From positions 41,168,001 to 41,232,000 of the forward strand of contig OZ024752.1 of NCBI GenBank assembly GCA_964016885.1: 64,000 bases of DNA, in the 5' to 3' direction. The stretch comes from Eledone cirrhosa. Its lineage: Eukaryota. Position 1 is the first letter of the stretch; each line of letters begins with the position of its first letter. The position numbers were made by a program, and so were the translations under genes. Below the pieces are notes generated by a model. It searched no databases, was not told the origin of the DNA, and saw only the letters and a program-made list of their open reading frames with translations. This document shows positions 1 through 14,386 of the stretch, piece by piece.

Positions 1-47
1 TTGAGGCAAGTTTTATTCATCTTCCTTGTTGAGAAGGATACTGGAAT

Positions 48-510
<463 letters not shown>

Positions 511-630
511 GACAGATTGAGAGGAGGAGAAGGGATCATATAGTTTGATAGAGAAGGAAAGATAGAGGAGAGAAAGAGATATAAAAACTGACATAGATAA
601 ATGAAATATATTATATTATATATATTATAA

Positions 631-818
631 GGGCGGTGAATTGGCAGTATCGGTGGAGGGTCGGACGCCATGCTTTCCAGCATAGTTACGTCCCTTTACG
701 GTCTGAGTTCAAATCCCATCGAGGTTAACTTTTCCTTTCATCCTTACAGAGTCGATTAAATAAAGTACGAGTAATGTACTGGGTAATTGCTGGCCTTGTG
801 CCAAACGTTGAAACAATT
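631..818 (+). mobile_element. tRNA-derived SINE, dominant family (short variant)
   Basis: A-box-like TGGCAGTATCGG, B-box GAGTTCAAATCC, body ctttcatcc..gtcgat.aaataaagtac, 3' end ccttgtgccaaa..gaaacaatt; the same AT-rich sequence flanks both sides. Confidence 0.9.
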
Positions 819-1479
819 ATATTATATTATATATATTATATGTATGTCTGCAGATAATAACAAAATTATTCGTATATTTTATATTCTGTAAATATAGCTC
901 GGTACATGTATTCATGTATTTCACATTCTATAAATATAGTTAGGTGCAGGTACATACAACTTACGTGAATTCGAATAAAATTAGACTGTATTCGATTCCT
1001 AGTGTGCCTTCGCTTCTATGTTAGTTTTATATAACTGCAAATCAGTTATATAAAACGTAAATACATATTTATTGTTCAATCCTGGTTCATCTCATAAAAG
1101 AAATATAATCTAAAAACGAAAACAAAATAAAAATAATGATAACAACAAGAATAATTTCAATCTTATATCCAGTTAAAATTATATTAGTGATAAGTAAAGT
1201 TATTTCACTTTTTCACTTTGAAGAAAACGTGTTGACAATATAGTTTATTATTCCATCGGAGTGTATTACTGGTATGCCTTTATAATGTTAATATAATGGA
1301 TTATTATAGAGTTTGAGACACCAATGTCAATCTAGTACTCATTTGTCACAACAGTCGCTGTGGCTTAAACCCTGTTGAGCTGTTGTTTGAGTTGATCTAA
1401 GATCAAATACGTTTCAACCCTGATCATAGTTTTCAATTCAGATTACATTATTCAACTATATACTGTTACAATATTGAAA

Positions 1480-1545
<66 letters not shown>

Positions 1546-1989
1546 TTAGCACATTAGTATTTAATGTAACTAACTCTACTTAATATAAGTAATATTAATA
1601 CTACGCAGACTGAGTAACTACAGAGGTGGTTCCTCATTGGATGTGTACATATTTAGTGTAAATTGAGTGCTTAAAATAAATGTGGAATCGAATATTGAAT
1701 AACACTCTTAGTCGATAATCAATTCTAATCATGATAAATATATTCTTTGTTTAAATCCCACCGACGCCGACTGCCTTTCATTCTTCTAGGGTCGAAAGAA
1801 TAGGTTCCATTTAAGTCCCGAGGTCGATATTATTGACTGTCATCTCTCTGAAGATTTATGAGTTTCTGTCACGGAAATAAATATTTCTTGATAATTCAAT
1901 ATGTGTAACCTTTGACCGCCTACAAATGGTGAGATTTTAGAAAAGAAAGAGCAAGGATTTCTAGTTTTTACAACATTTAAGCCATATTT

Positions 1990-2182
1990 AAGAGAACTGG
2001 ATTCGCAATCGTGAGGTTGTCAGTTCAATTCCTGGACCGGGCGATGCGTTATGTCCTTGAGAAAGACACTTTATTTCACGTTGTTCCTTCTAACTGGAGT
2101 TGCGACCGATAGATAGTATTAGCAATTGAAAATACGAACGGAAACATTGTTTCCTTGGTCCGATTTGACGAAAGTCGATCGA
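1990..2182 (+). mobile_element. Second tRNA-derived SINE family (CORE-like), 5' eroded
   Basis: B-box-like gttcaattcc followed by tgtccttgag.aagacactttatttcacgttg; antisense homolog at 32296-32514. Confidence 0.75.
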
Positions 2183-2950
2183 CAATTTCTTTTTTAAGAA
2201 CCAAAGCTGAACCATTAGATTCAGTGTCCCGGAATTCTTGCTTCCTTGGTTCAAATCCCATTCAATCCATGGTCTTCTCACTTCTGTTGAGGGAGGCCCT
2301 CTCGGTTGAACTCCACCGCTTTCTGTTTGGATTTGGTCATTGCAGGGGCGATATAGGTATCAACATATGAAGAGATTTTGGTTTTTAATTTTGTTCACGA
2401 AAGTTCATTATCTTTACATGCTGGGTTATCTTATATATCTATGAATCACAGAAGTATAGGCTGTAATAAACATTTATGTTCACTATATGAAAACAAAGTC
2501 TTCCACTGCTACTTACCGATATATTATAGGATTTGCGTAGCAATCCTGATGAAAATATATACGACAGCTGCTATATATAGTGACTAGCATATTTTGAAAT
2601 AACGGCGTTTGGGCCTTTTAAATCTTCGGTTTTATCGGAGAATTAAAAGATAATTTTATATAGTTATCATCCTGATTTTTGGTACTGTTGGTTTATCCTA
2701 AATACCAACCATATCTTATAAAGAAAATTTCATCTTTTTCTCCCTCTGTCCTCTGTCTTTTTTCACTTTTTATATTCTCATTGCTACCCTTTGTTCTTCG
2801 TTTCTTCAACATTAATCGTGGTCACCATTAAAACCCAAAATCCCATTGTCATGCTATTAAAAATGTCTCATACCTTCTAGTTAATCGCATCTTTTAGTGG
2901 TGCTGAATATGAATATATATGAAAGCAAAACAAAAATGAATACATTAATA

Positions 2951-3110
2951 TAGGTGTAAGCATGGCTGTGTGGCTAAGGAATTCGTGTGCAAATCATGTA
3001 ATAGTGAGTTCAGTGGGCAAGAGTCTTTTACGATAGTAACGTGTTGAATAATGGCTTGTGAGTGAAATCTGAGAATGAAATCTCGTTGAAGGAAGGAAAA
3101 CGCCCGAAAA
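2951..3110 (+). mobile_element. Decayed tRNA-derived SINE (third family)
   Basis: tggctgtgtggctaag A-box-like head, gagttcagtgggcaag, cttgtgagtg body, ends at (TA)n. Confidence 0.5.
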
Positions 3111-3122
3111 CCAATTGTGTGT

Positions 3123-3175
<53 letters not shown>

Positions 3176-3176
<1 letters not shown>

Positions 3177-3244
3177 TCATCAAGTATGAAATGTGTAGAC
3201 ATTTGCCGAAAAAAACAAATTTCTACAAATTTCATACTTGATGA

Positions 3245-3245
<1 letters not shown>
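3176..3245. mobile_element. 70-bp hairpin micro-MITE
   Basis: 24-bp arms gtcatcaagtatgaaat(g/t)tgtaga with 1 mismatch, inside (TA)n; second copy at 7410-7482. Confidence 0.7.
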
Positions 3246-3293
<48 letters not shown>

Positions 3294-3624
3294 GAACAAA
3301 TTAACAATACTAGCAACTGTAATGTGTAACACAACAACGTCCTGGTAATACAAATATTAGAGTCTTCCTATAAATACATGTTTTTTCTTTGATTGATCTT
3401 CCCCCAATTTTTGTTCAGCTGTTTGTTAGTATTGTCTCAAAGAGAACATGTTTTTTTATTATCTAAACCACATAATATTCATAACGCCACTAAAAATATT
3501 TCTATCGCGCTTCTGTCGTACCTACTGATAGAGGAACTAAACCTATAATTTGCTGTTCGAATCATACTAGTATATTACTATTTATATTTTTCTACTACTA
3601 CAACTACTACTACTACTACTACTA

Positions 3625-3799
3625 CAATGAAATTCTGTTATAACGAAATTTATGAGGTATAAAAAAATTCGTTGTAAAGAAAAATTCGTTATAACGAGAT
3701 CGACCGAAACACATGAAACCTATGGCCGGGGATTGAAAAAAATTCCGTTATGTTGAAAAAGTAGTTATAATGGTATTCGTTATAAAGGAATTTTGCCTG
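3625..3799. mobile_element. pogo/Tigger-like MITE
   Basis: TA-flanked; imperfect TIRs CAATGAAATTCTGTTATAACGAA / TTCGTTATAAAGGAATTTTGCCTG; internal ttcgttata repeats; inserted in (ACT)n. Confidence 0.7.
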
Positions 3800-3815
3800 T
3801 ACTATCACCACCACC

Positions 3816-3864
<49 letters not shown>

Positions 3865-3888
3865 ATATTGCTATTTCCACCACCTCCG

Positions 3889-3921
<33 letters not shown>

Positions 3922-4293
3922 ATGCCAATACTTTTATAGACACATTTATGATAACAGAAACGCACAGACTTAGAATAAAATACAGAAACAACTGACCTCG
4001 ATTTTATTGCGTAGTAGCTGATAGATTCTACATTCCTAAACTACATTTTAAGAATGTAAAATAATTCAAAGGCTGTAGATTATTATTAAAGAGAAATTAC
4101 CCAACAAATAAATAATAATAAAATTAATATTAATGGGAAATGGACATCTGTATTTTAAGTCATTAAAATGTTTGATAGCATCATTATCAACAACAAAAAC
4201 AACAACTTATAGGAACAACATCAACAACTACAACTGAATTTTAATCATTGTTTTAAATAAATAAGTTTGTTTTGAAACAGTGAGCGAAGTTTG

Positions 4294-4492
4294 AAATTTT
4301 GTAGAAATAGAAGCTTTCGCCGTATTTTTTACTAAAGAAATTTTTGCAAGATTATGGGGTTTAAAACTCTCTAAAAGTGGAAAAGAATGAGTATTGACCC
4401 TTTTCCATTTTTTATGGGGGTTTTATACCCCTCTATCAGGCTAAAATTTCTTTAGTCAAATATACGGCGAAAGCTTCTAATTTTACTAAATT
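4294..4492. mobile_element. Fold-back element / MITE core (~200 bp)
   Basis: tagaagctttcgccgtat..actaaagaaattt pairs with aaatttctttagt..atacggcgaaagcttcta; the interior is also imperfectly palindromic. Confidence 0.6.
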
Positions 4493-5988
4493 GTTACAAA
4501 TATTTAAACATTACGGACATCATATTTTATACAGAAAGACAAGAAAATAAAAAACAAAATGGAGACTTGAAATATCACGGAAATTTTTGCATCAACAACA
4601 GCCGAAACACACGGAAAGTTAACTGTGAAATTGTAAGAAAAATATATAATAAATCTGTGTTTATTGTGTCATTGGACGAGAAATGAACGGCAACAAAAAA
4701 CAAATAATTTAGCACTAATTGAACGGTTATATGGAAACCTCGTCAGAGGGCTGTCATATCTCAATCGAATTCTGTATCAATCACAAACACAAAGTATGCA
4801 CAGACACACACATTCACACACACATACACATACATATTCACACACATAATACACATGTGCATGCGTGCGTGGATACAGAAACGAACACATGCAAACTTAC
4901 ATTCACGCATATACAAAAATATTTTGTAAATTTGCTCAGTGCATATTTCAGGTGAAATTGCGCAACTCAGTACGTTTTCTACCTTGTCTCACTATTTGAT
5001 CCAAGACAACCCAGAAAAAAGACAAAAAATCAAAAAAATTAAAAAGAAAAAGAAAACAAAAATTAAAAATTAAAAAAATAATAATAAAATAGAATGAAAG
5101 TGGATTGAAAAAAAATATTAGCATTTCTCGACTGATTTTTTTGGGGAAGTGAATTATATGGAGAAAAAAAATTAAACTATTTGTCTTTAAAAACTCAGAG
5201 TTGTAAAAGAAACAAAAATATAGTTAGCTCTTGTTGTGTATATTTTATTTGTAGAACTTTCTATGAATAGTAGCAACATTTGACGAAATTACTATTAGAA
5301 AATAAGGGGAGAAAAATCATAGACCCTTTCTACTTTGTCAAGAAAATAGAGGTGTTGGGGAGTTATCGATACTATTAGAAAATATACAAAACAACAAAAG
5401 GAACCCCCTCAAAAAAAAAATTAATTAAAAAGTAGTGATGAGCGGTGTAGAGTAGAAATAATCTCAAGTCGAAACTAAGCCCGTCTTTGTTTCGCTTTCC
5501 GAGGTTACTTCCCTTTTCTTACACTGCTAATGCTTTGGGAAAGGCATGAACATCACAGTTAATTACTCTTTTCCCTTTCTTCTAAATTTAAGTAAAAATA
5601 TGTCTGGTTTAAAACCTAAGTAAGAAAGAGTTATTAGAAAAAAAATGAAATATATATATGTATATATATATACATATATATACATACATATATATACATA
5701 CACACATATATATATACAAACGAAGTAAAACTCAGATGTAGTAGGAAACACTTCGTCCTGTTTATTCGATTCTTCAACATCTTCAACTGTATTTCCTTTG
5801 TAACTGTTACAGTTTACCAGTTCCCTCCTCTTCAGAGAAGAAGAGGATGGATTACTGATAATATTCCTTCTATCGTGATTATGGTCAGATTCTTATAATA
5901 AGCATGTCATTTTATCATGTTTATTACCATTATAACAACTGTTATTTTCATTGTTGTTGTTGTTATTTTGTATTATTATTATTATTAC

Positions 5989-6050
<62 letters not shown>

Positions 6051-6052
<2 letters not shown>

Positions 6053-6243
6053 TGAGTCTCAGTCATTGATGTTATTTAACTGGAAAGTGTGTTCAAATAA
6101 AACATCAAGCCGCTACCTACAGCCTCAGATATTCAGGACGTATCGGAGGATTCTTGCTGTTCCCAGCAAGCATGCCTTTTGAAGTGTTCAAAAAAAAAAA
6201 AGAAAAAAAAAACCTGGCTGGACTAATGTGTTTTAACCATCCT
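6051..6243 (-). mobile_element. R4/Dong-like LINE 3' end, decayed
   Basis: Homologous to 7796-8043; encodes ..LQKACLLGTARILRYVLNI*; (TTA)n on both sides. Confidence 0.8.
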
Positions 6244-6275
6244 TATTATTATTATTACTATTATTATTATTATTA

Positions 6276-6315
<40 letters not shown>

Positions 6316-6771
6316 AAGACTTCTTTTTTTACCTCATCGTCGAACCCTTTGTTTATTATGTGAATGTGGAGTAATAATGTACTGAAAAATGAAATTGGTG
6401 ATGGAATTATGTAAGACTTTATACAAAGATTACTTTTGTTATTCAGATATATTTATTGTTTTTTTTTTAATATGTTTATTGCTTGTTTGTTTTATCATCA
6501 ATTGTTTCAATCTTTGAAACAAAAAAAAATGTTCGATCTTTAAAAAATGTTCCTATAAATTGTTTGAAATTTATTGTTATGAATTAAATTTTATAAACAA
6601 TTAGTTCTTTTGTTGAAATGTACAAAAAAAAAATCGAAGAAAAATATACCATACAACAGCTTCTCCCACCTAACAAAACAACAATAGAATATCAGATTCA
6701 ATATCTATGTATATGTATCTGTGTGTGTGCATATATGTATGTGTGTATGTGTGTATGTATTTATGTATGTA

Positions 6772-6835
<64 letters not shown>

Positions 6836-6867
6836 TATATATTTATGTGTGTGTGTATGTATATATA

Positions 6868-6944
<77 letters not shown>

Positions 6945-7023
6945 TATATATGTATATATATATATATATATATACATAAATACATGTGTGTATGTATATA
7001 TATATATATATATGTATAAATAC

Positions 7024-7060
<37 letters not shown>

Positions 7061-7409
7061 AATACATGTATGTATGTATGTATGTATGTATTTACCATGA
7101 AGAGTTTACTTTCACTTTCGAGGAATATTAATCAATGCAAACTGTGATTATTGCTGAAAAACACACAAAATATGATGAACCAGTATTGTGTGCAGGGATC
7201 ATACCATGTTTGGTTCATTAGTGAACTCTGACGTTTTTCTTGTTATTGTTTCTTTTAATTATTTATTTGTTGTTGCTGCTGCTGTTGTTGTTGTTGTTTT
7301 ATTTCATCGTTTAATATTATTTATGATAATCACGTGATATGTGTTATATTTCGAAATAGATTTTCATTTTCATTGACGAAAAAAAAAAGAAGAAAAAAAA
7401 ATCTATTAT

Positions 7410-7482
7410 GTTGTCAAGTATGAAATTTGTAGTGAAGCATATAGTTACATGATTTTTTTCTACAAATTTCATACTTGACGAC
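7410..7482. mobile_element. Hairpin micro-MITE, second copy
   Basis: Same arms as 3176-3245 with a different spacer. Confidence 0.65.
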
Positions 7483-7587
7483 CTAATAATATAAAAGGGA
7501 ACATTTTTTTTTTTATGACAGCGAAACATAAAAACTAGATCTTCGGAGAATGTGAGTCGAGGTCGGTGATGTTGATGATGATGATGT

Positions 7588-7632
<45 letters not shown>

Positions 7633-7739
7633 GTATGATGATGATAATGATGAAAATGAATGAAAATGAGCACCACTACCATTTAATCGACTTTCCCCTC
7701 CCCCAAATTGCTGGCCTTCTGCCTATAGTAGAATCACTA

Positions 7740-7795
<56 letters not shown>

Positions 7796-7796
<1 letters not shown>

Positions 7797-8042
7797 TTTG
7801 AGTCATTGATGTTAGTTAACTGGAAAGTTTGTTGAAATGAATATCAAGCCACTACCTGCAGCTTCAGATATTCAGGACGTATCGGAGGGTTCTTGCTGTT
7901 CCCAGCAAGCATGCCTTTTGAAGCGTTCCAAAAAGCGTGAAGGGGCCAATTTTCTTTAACCATCCCTGGAAATTTTTTGAGATAGTCCCTAGTGCGCCTA
8001 TGACAATCGGGACCACTTTGACTTCATGGCAGTTCCAAATCC

Positions 8043-8043
<1 letters not shown>
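7796..8043 (-). mobile_element. R4/Dong-like LINE 3' end (C-terminus of restriction-like endonuclease region plus 3' UTR)
   Basis: 8043-7864 translates RIWNCHEVKVVPIVIGALGTISKNFQGWLKKIGPFTLFGTLQKACLLGTARTLRYVLNI*, the typical R4-clade C-terminus; flanked by (TTA)n on both sides. Confidence 0.85.
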
Positions 8044-8094
<51 letters not shown>

Positions 8095-8096
8095 AA

Positions 8097-9092
8097 GGGC
8101 AGTGAATTGGCAGTATCGGTAGATGGTCGGACGCCATACTTTTCAGCATAGTTACGTCCCTTTACGGTCTGAGTTCAAATCCCGTCGAGGTTAACTTTGC
8201 CTTTCATCCTTACGGGATCGATAAAATAAAGTACCAGTCATGCACTGGGGTAATTGCTGGCCTTGTGCCTAAAGTAGAAACAATTATTATTATAATTATT
8301 AGGTGGCGAATTGGTGGTGAATTGGTGGAATCGGTAGAGCGTCAGACACCATACTTTTCAGCATAGAGTTACGGCCCTTTATCTGAGTACAAATCCCACT
8401 GAGATTAACTTTACGTTTCATCCTTACGAGGTCGATAAAATAAAGTACCAGTCACGCACTGGGGTCGATTTAGTCTATTTCTCCTCCCCCAAAATTGGTG
8501 GCCTTGTGCCTATATTAGAAACCGTTATAATTATTGACACCATGCTTTGCAGCATAGGGTTATGGCCTTTTACATTCTGAGTTTAAATCACGCCGAGGTT
8601 AACTTTACGCATCATCCTTACGGGGTCGATCAAATAAAGTACCAGTAATGTAATGGGGTAATTGCTGGCCTTGTGCCAAAAGCAGAACAATTATTACCAT
8701 TATTATTAGTAGTAGTGGTAAGGGCGGTGGATTGGCAGTATCGGTAGAGGGTCGGACGCAAAGATTTGACGCATAGAGTTACGGCCCTTTCCCTTCTGAG
8801 TTCAAATCCCGCCGAGGTTAACTTTGCATTTCATCCTTACGGGGGTGGATAAAATAAAGTACCAGTAATACACTGGGGTAATTGCTAGCCTTGTGCCAAA
8901 AGCAGAGGTTAACTTTGCATTTCATCCTTACGGGGTCGATAAAATAAAGTACCAGTAATACACTGGGGTAATTGCTAGCCTTGTGCCAAAAGCAGAGGTT
9001 AACATTGCCTTTCATCCTTACGGGGTCGATAAAATAAAGTACCAGTAATACACTGGGGTAATTGCTGGCCTTGTGCCAAAAGCAGAACAATT
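8097..9092 (+). mobile_element. Cluster of four head-to-tail SINEs, the last with its 3' half triplicated
   Basis: Copies at ~8097, 8302, 8536, 8722; a 90-bp unit gaggttaac..gccaaaagca is repeated 3x from ~8814. Confidence 0.9.
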
Positions 9093-9781
9093 AGTAGTAG
9101 TAGTAGTAGCAGTAGTATTTCCATTCCATCATCATCATCATCATCGCAGTCATTCGTTCTGTTACCGCTGTTGTTGATGGTTGTTCTTTGGGGTTTTTTC
9201 TGTTTTTATCAACCAGACAATGTCCTTGAGAAAATCATAAGATATTACTGAACGGGGTCATTTCTTTGTTACTGTTGTTAAATTTTCTTGCTAGCTCCTT
9301 TTATTCCGATCTACATATTATTATTATCAATATCTCATATTCCCGGTACAATATCTCATATATTCCCAGTACAAACGATCAAACTTTAACGTCATATTTT
9401 AGATATCGGGTTTGGAAGTTTACTCAGAGTACCAGTAATTCACTGGGTAATTGCTGGCCTTGTGCCAAAACTAGAAACAATTATATGATGAAAAACAAAA
9501 CAACAACAAACGGTGCCAGTTATTCTGTTATATAATATATATTTTCTATTCTAATTTGCAAATTTATTTATTTATTTACTTATTTATTTATTTATTTATT
9601 TATTTATGTTTTTGTTTTTGTTTGTTTGTTTGTTTGTTGGTTTTTATATTCCCCCCCTGCAAAATGATTTAATGGTATGCTTGGTATAATGGTGTGGAAG
9701 ATAATAAATATGTTTCTGAAATTTAAGCATTGCTTTCTTTTGTTTCTGTTACGAAAGTTCAAAGTTGTAACTATTATTATT

Positions 9782-10442
9782 GGTGGTGAATTGGCAGAAT
9801 CGGTAGAGGGTCGGACGCCATGCTTTGACGCATAGAGTTACGGCCCTTGACATTCTGAGTTCTTTTATTATTGGTGGTGGATTGGCAGTATTGGTAGAGC
9901 GTCAGACACCATGCTTTGCAGCATAGAGTTATGCCCCTTTACGTTCTGGGTTCAAATCCCGCCGAGGTTAACTTTACCTTTCATCAATATAGGGTCGGTA
10001 AAATAAAGTACCAGTCACGCACTGTTATCGATTTAATCGATCCCAGTGCGTTATTGGTACTTTATTTTATCGACCCTGCAAGGATAAAAGGCAAAGCTAA
10101 CCTTGGTGGGTCAATACAATAAAGTACCAGTAATGCACTTGAGTCGATTTATTCGACTTTCCCCTTCATTGCCCTTCAAATTGCAGGCCTTGTACGAAAA
10201 GTAGAGATAACTTTTTTAATTTCTTAATAATGGTTTCTTATATAGGCACAAGGCCAGCAATTTTGGGGGAGGGGAAAGTCGATTAAATCGACCCCAGTGC
10301 ATTACTAGTACTTTATTTTATAGACCCCGTAAGGATGAAACGCAAAGTTAACCTCGGGGGGATTTGAACTCAGATCATAAAGGCCGTAACTCTATGCTGA
10401 AAAGCATGGCGTCCGACCCTCTATCGGTACTGGCAATCCACA
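9782..10442. mobile_element. SINE cluster, mixed orientations
   Basis: + copies or fragments at ~9782, 9872, 10110; - copies at ~10038-10108 and 10230-10442. Confidence 0.85.
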
Positions 10443-10729
10443 AATCTTAATAATATATCGTCATTTTAACATTGGGCAACGTGAAAAGGATGTGGTGTAA
10501 TCGAATGTCCATAAGGAAGGAATCTAAACTGGAGTGTTTGGGAGACACAGATCTACCCTTTATTCTCCAAAGCACTCAATGAATACACGAAAAGGTTTTC
10601 TAAAGTGTCTTTGTCAACACAGTCGAAACTTACTATGAAATAAAGAAGCGATGTTTCGTACTTAGAAAATAGACACTTCTTCTTTATAAAATGACAAAGA
10701 AAGCTTCACACGCTGATGAGATAGATAAC

Positions 10730-11386
10730 CATTCAATAGTTATATTATATTATTCAATAGTTATATTATAGTATTCAATAGTTATATTATATCATTCAAT
10801 AGTTATATTATATTATTCAATAGTTATATTATATTATTCAATAGTTATATTATATTATTCAATAGTTATATTATATTATTCAATAGTTATATTATATCAT
10901 TCAATAGTTATGTTATATTATTCAATAGTTATATTATATTATTCAATAGTTATATTATATTATTCAATAGTTATATTATATTATTCAATAGTTATATTAT
11001 ATCATTCAATAGTTATGTTATATTATTCAATAGTTATATTATATTATTCAATAGTTATATTATATTATTCCATAGTTATATTATATTATTCAATAGTTAT
11101 ATTATATTATTCAATAGTTATGTTATATTATTCAATAGTTATATTATATTATTCAATAGTTATGTTATATTATTCAATAGTTATATTATATGATTCAATA
11201 GTTATATTATATGATTCAATAGTTATGTTATATTATTCAATAGTTATATTATATGATTCAATAGCTATATTATATTATTCAATAGTCATATTATAGTATT
11301 CAATAGTTATATTATATTATTCCATAGTTATATTATATTATTCAATAGTTATATTATATGATTCAATAGTTATATTATATGATTCT
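10730..11386. repeat. 21-bp minisatellite (tattattcaatagttatatta), ~31 copies
   Basis: Direct inspection; produces the YYSIVIL repeat ORF. Confidence 0.95.
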
Positions 11387-11482
11387 AAATGTTAGTTAAT
11401 TTCATTATACACATGTCTATGTTAAGAGTATTAAAATAAATATATCATTGGATGATGTATTGAAGTGGTGACGCACACTTTC

Positions 11483-12511
<1,029 letters not shown>

Positions 12512-12574
12512 TATATATATTTTATATATATATATATTTTATATATATATATATATATTAAAATAACAGATTAA

Positions 12575-12625
12575 AGTTTAAGCAAAGAATCGCTGCTTTC
12601 ACCCTTAACGGGATCTTCTGAAACT
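12575..12625 (-). ncRNA. Hammerhead-like motif with CAGAAGA (U4A) core
   Basis: AGTTT-CAGAAGA-TCCC gttaa GGGT-GAAA-GCA gcgattctt TGC-TT-AAACT; identical to both arms of 60241-60709. Confidence 0.6.
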
Positions 12626-12655
12626 CATGTATGAAGAGATTCCTTGAAAACGTTA

Positions 12656-12749
12656 AACATATCTGAGGACCTTACGAGTGCAGAGTCAGGTTCGATCTAT
12701 AGTACATCCTGCCTTGAGCTGGTCGTCCAGGAAACATATGTGATATGTT
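12656..12749 (+). ncRNA. Type I hammerhead with long stem II; G at position 17, likely inactive
   Basis: AACATAT-CTGAGGA-(stem II)-GAAA-CATATG-TG-ATATGTT; 7-bp stem I, palindromic stem III ACATATGT, then AATAAA. Confidence 0.65.
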
Positions 12750-13053
12750 AATAAATTGTGTTTTAATGCATTACTGATTCCTCGTTAACTATAACTATAA
12801 GTGTGCTCCGCATGAACATCAAGTACTCAAACGGCATACCACCTACGGACGCATTTATTGCAACCTTACACCAACTATATATATATACATATATATATAT
12901 ATAGTAAAGTATTTTGATTATTTAATTTATTAATTCTTCATTGAGCCACATCGTGAATAGTTGCCAAAACACATATATACCTGTCACTTTCTTTAATTGG
13001 TGTATGTGTAAATATTTATATATATATATAAACTGAGTATTTCGAATATTAAT

Positions 13054-13562
13054 AATTGTTTCTACGTTAGGCACAAGGCCAGCAATTACCCCAGTGCATT
13101 ACTGGTACTTTATTTTATCGACCTCGTAATGATGAAAGGCAAAGTCAACCTCGGCGGAATTTGAACTCAGATCGTAAAGGGACGTAACTGTGCTGGAAAG
13201 CATGGCGTCCGACCCTCTACCGATACTGCCAATACACCGCCCTGAACTGCAGTTCTGTTCACATGCCAACACAAGAGCAAGAATGAAGTGTTCATTCTAC
13301 TGACATGGCTATAAAATTGAGGCTTGTTTGTATAATTGCAAACGAATCGAATGTTATTATTAATATTCGAAAACTGTGGATTGGCAGTATCAGTAGAGGG
13401 TCGGACGCCATGCTTTGAAGCATAGAGTTACCTCCCTTTATAGTCTGAGCTCAAATCCCGCCGAGGTTAACTTTGCCTTTCGTCCTTACGGGGTCGATAA
13501 CATAAAGTACCAGTAATACACTGGGGTAATTGGTGGCCTTGTGACAAAACTAGAAACAATTA
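13054..13562. mobile_element. Divergent SINE pair (13054-13242 minus, 13377-13562 plus)
   Basis: Both match the dominant SINE consensus. Confidence 0.9.
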
Positions 13563-13645
13563 TTAATATTCGAAAAACTCAGATTACATTTATTGCATTC
13601 AGCCATTTAGAGCGAAATTTTCTTTTATATATTTATGTATATATA

Positions 13646-13700
<55 letters not shown>

Positions 13701-13701
<1 letters not shown>

Positions 13702-14113
13702 CATTGGATACCATCAGGGTTGCAGGTGTTATATCAGAGTTTTCCTTCTCCTAGAATTCTGGCTTGACAAAGGCTAAGGGGTCATCTCTCCCGGAAGATA
13801 TATATATATACATATATATACATATATATATATACATATATGTTGACTTGTTCTTCTTTTTGGTAAATATCATCTTGGTTAAGAGAGGGAGACTGCCTTC
13901 GTGCAGTGCCTTTTCTCACTATAAAAGCTTCACGGCACAGGCATTGCTTTATATCTGGAGATCTCTCTGCACTTGTCGTCACATGGTAGTGTTTGTACCA
14001 GAGTTTTCAAGTCGCTGGCTGGACTAAAAAGTCACACTCGTTCAGCGCATCGGTAGGGGTTCTCCTACATGGATATAAAGTAGTGGCCGTACTCGAAAAC
14101 GAGTTGGCAGCCA

Positions 14114-14116
<3 letters not shown>
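13701..14116. mobile_element. RTE-derived short element, rearranged copy
   Basis: 13701-13794 is the reverse complement of 20832-20925; 13841-14116 matches 20926-21243 with a 42-bp deletion. Confidence 0.85.
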
Positions 14117-14158
<42 letters not shown>

Positions 14159-14386
14159 TTCGTTCATTAATAGATCGTTCCTCGAGCTGATCGACAATGA
14201 AACATATGTAATATGTAATGAAATATGTATATGATGCAACAATGATTCTTTGTTCCCTTATATATTAAATACTATTAATACTCTGCTCCCCAAGAGCATC
14301 GAGTGGTCACCCGGCACACCACCTACGGACGCAATTAACTTGCACCTTAACACCTATATATATATGTGTGTGTATATGTATATATA

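Noticed and set aside
4715-4752. Minus-strand CTGACGA followed by a GGTT/AACC hairpin
   Set aside because: GAAA is absent (GTTC) and there is no stem I
7796-7863. R4/Dong as the partner LINE of the dominant SINE
   Set aside because: No shared 3' sequence, and the tails are opposite-strand repeats (AAT versus ATT)
10910-11296. YYSIVIL repeat ORF
   Set aside because: The 21-bp unit is a multiple of 3; minisatellite artefact
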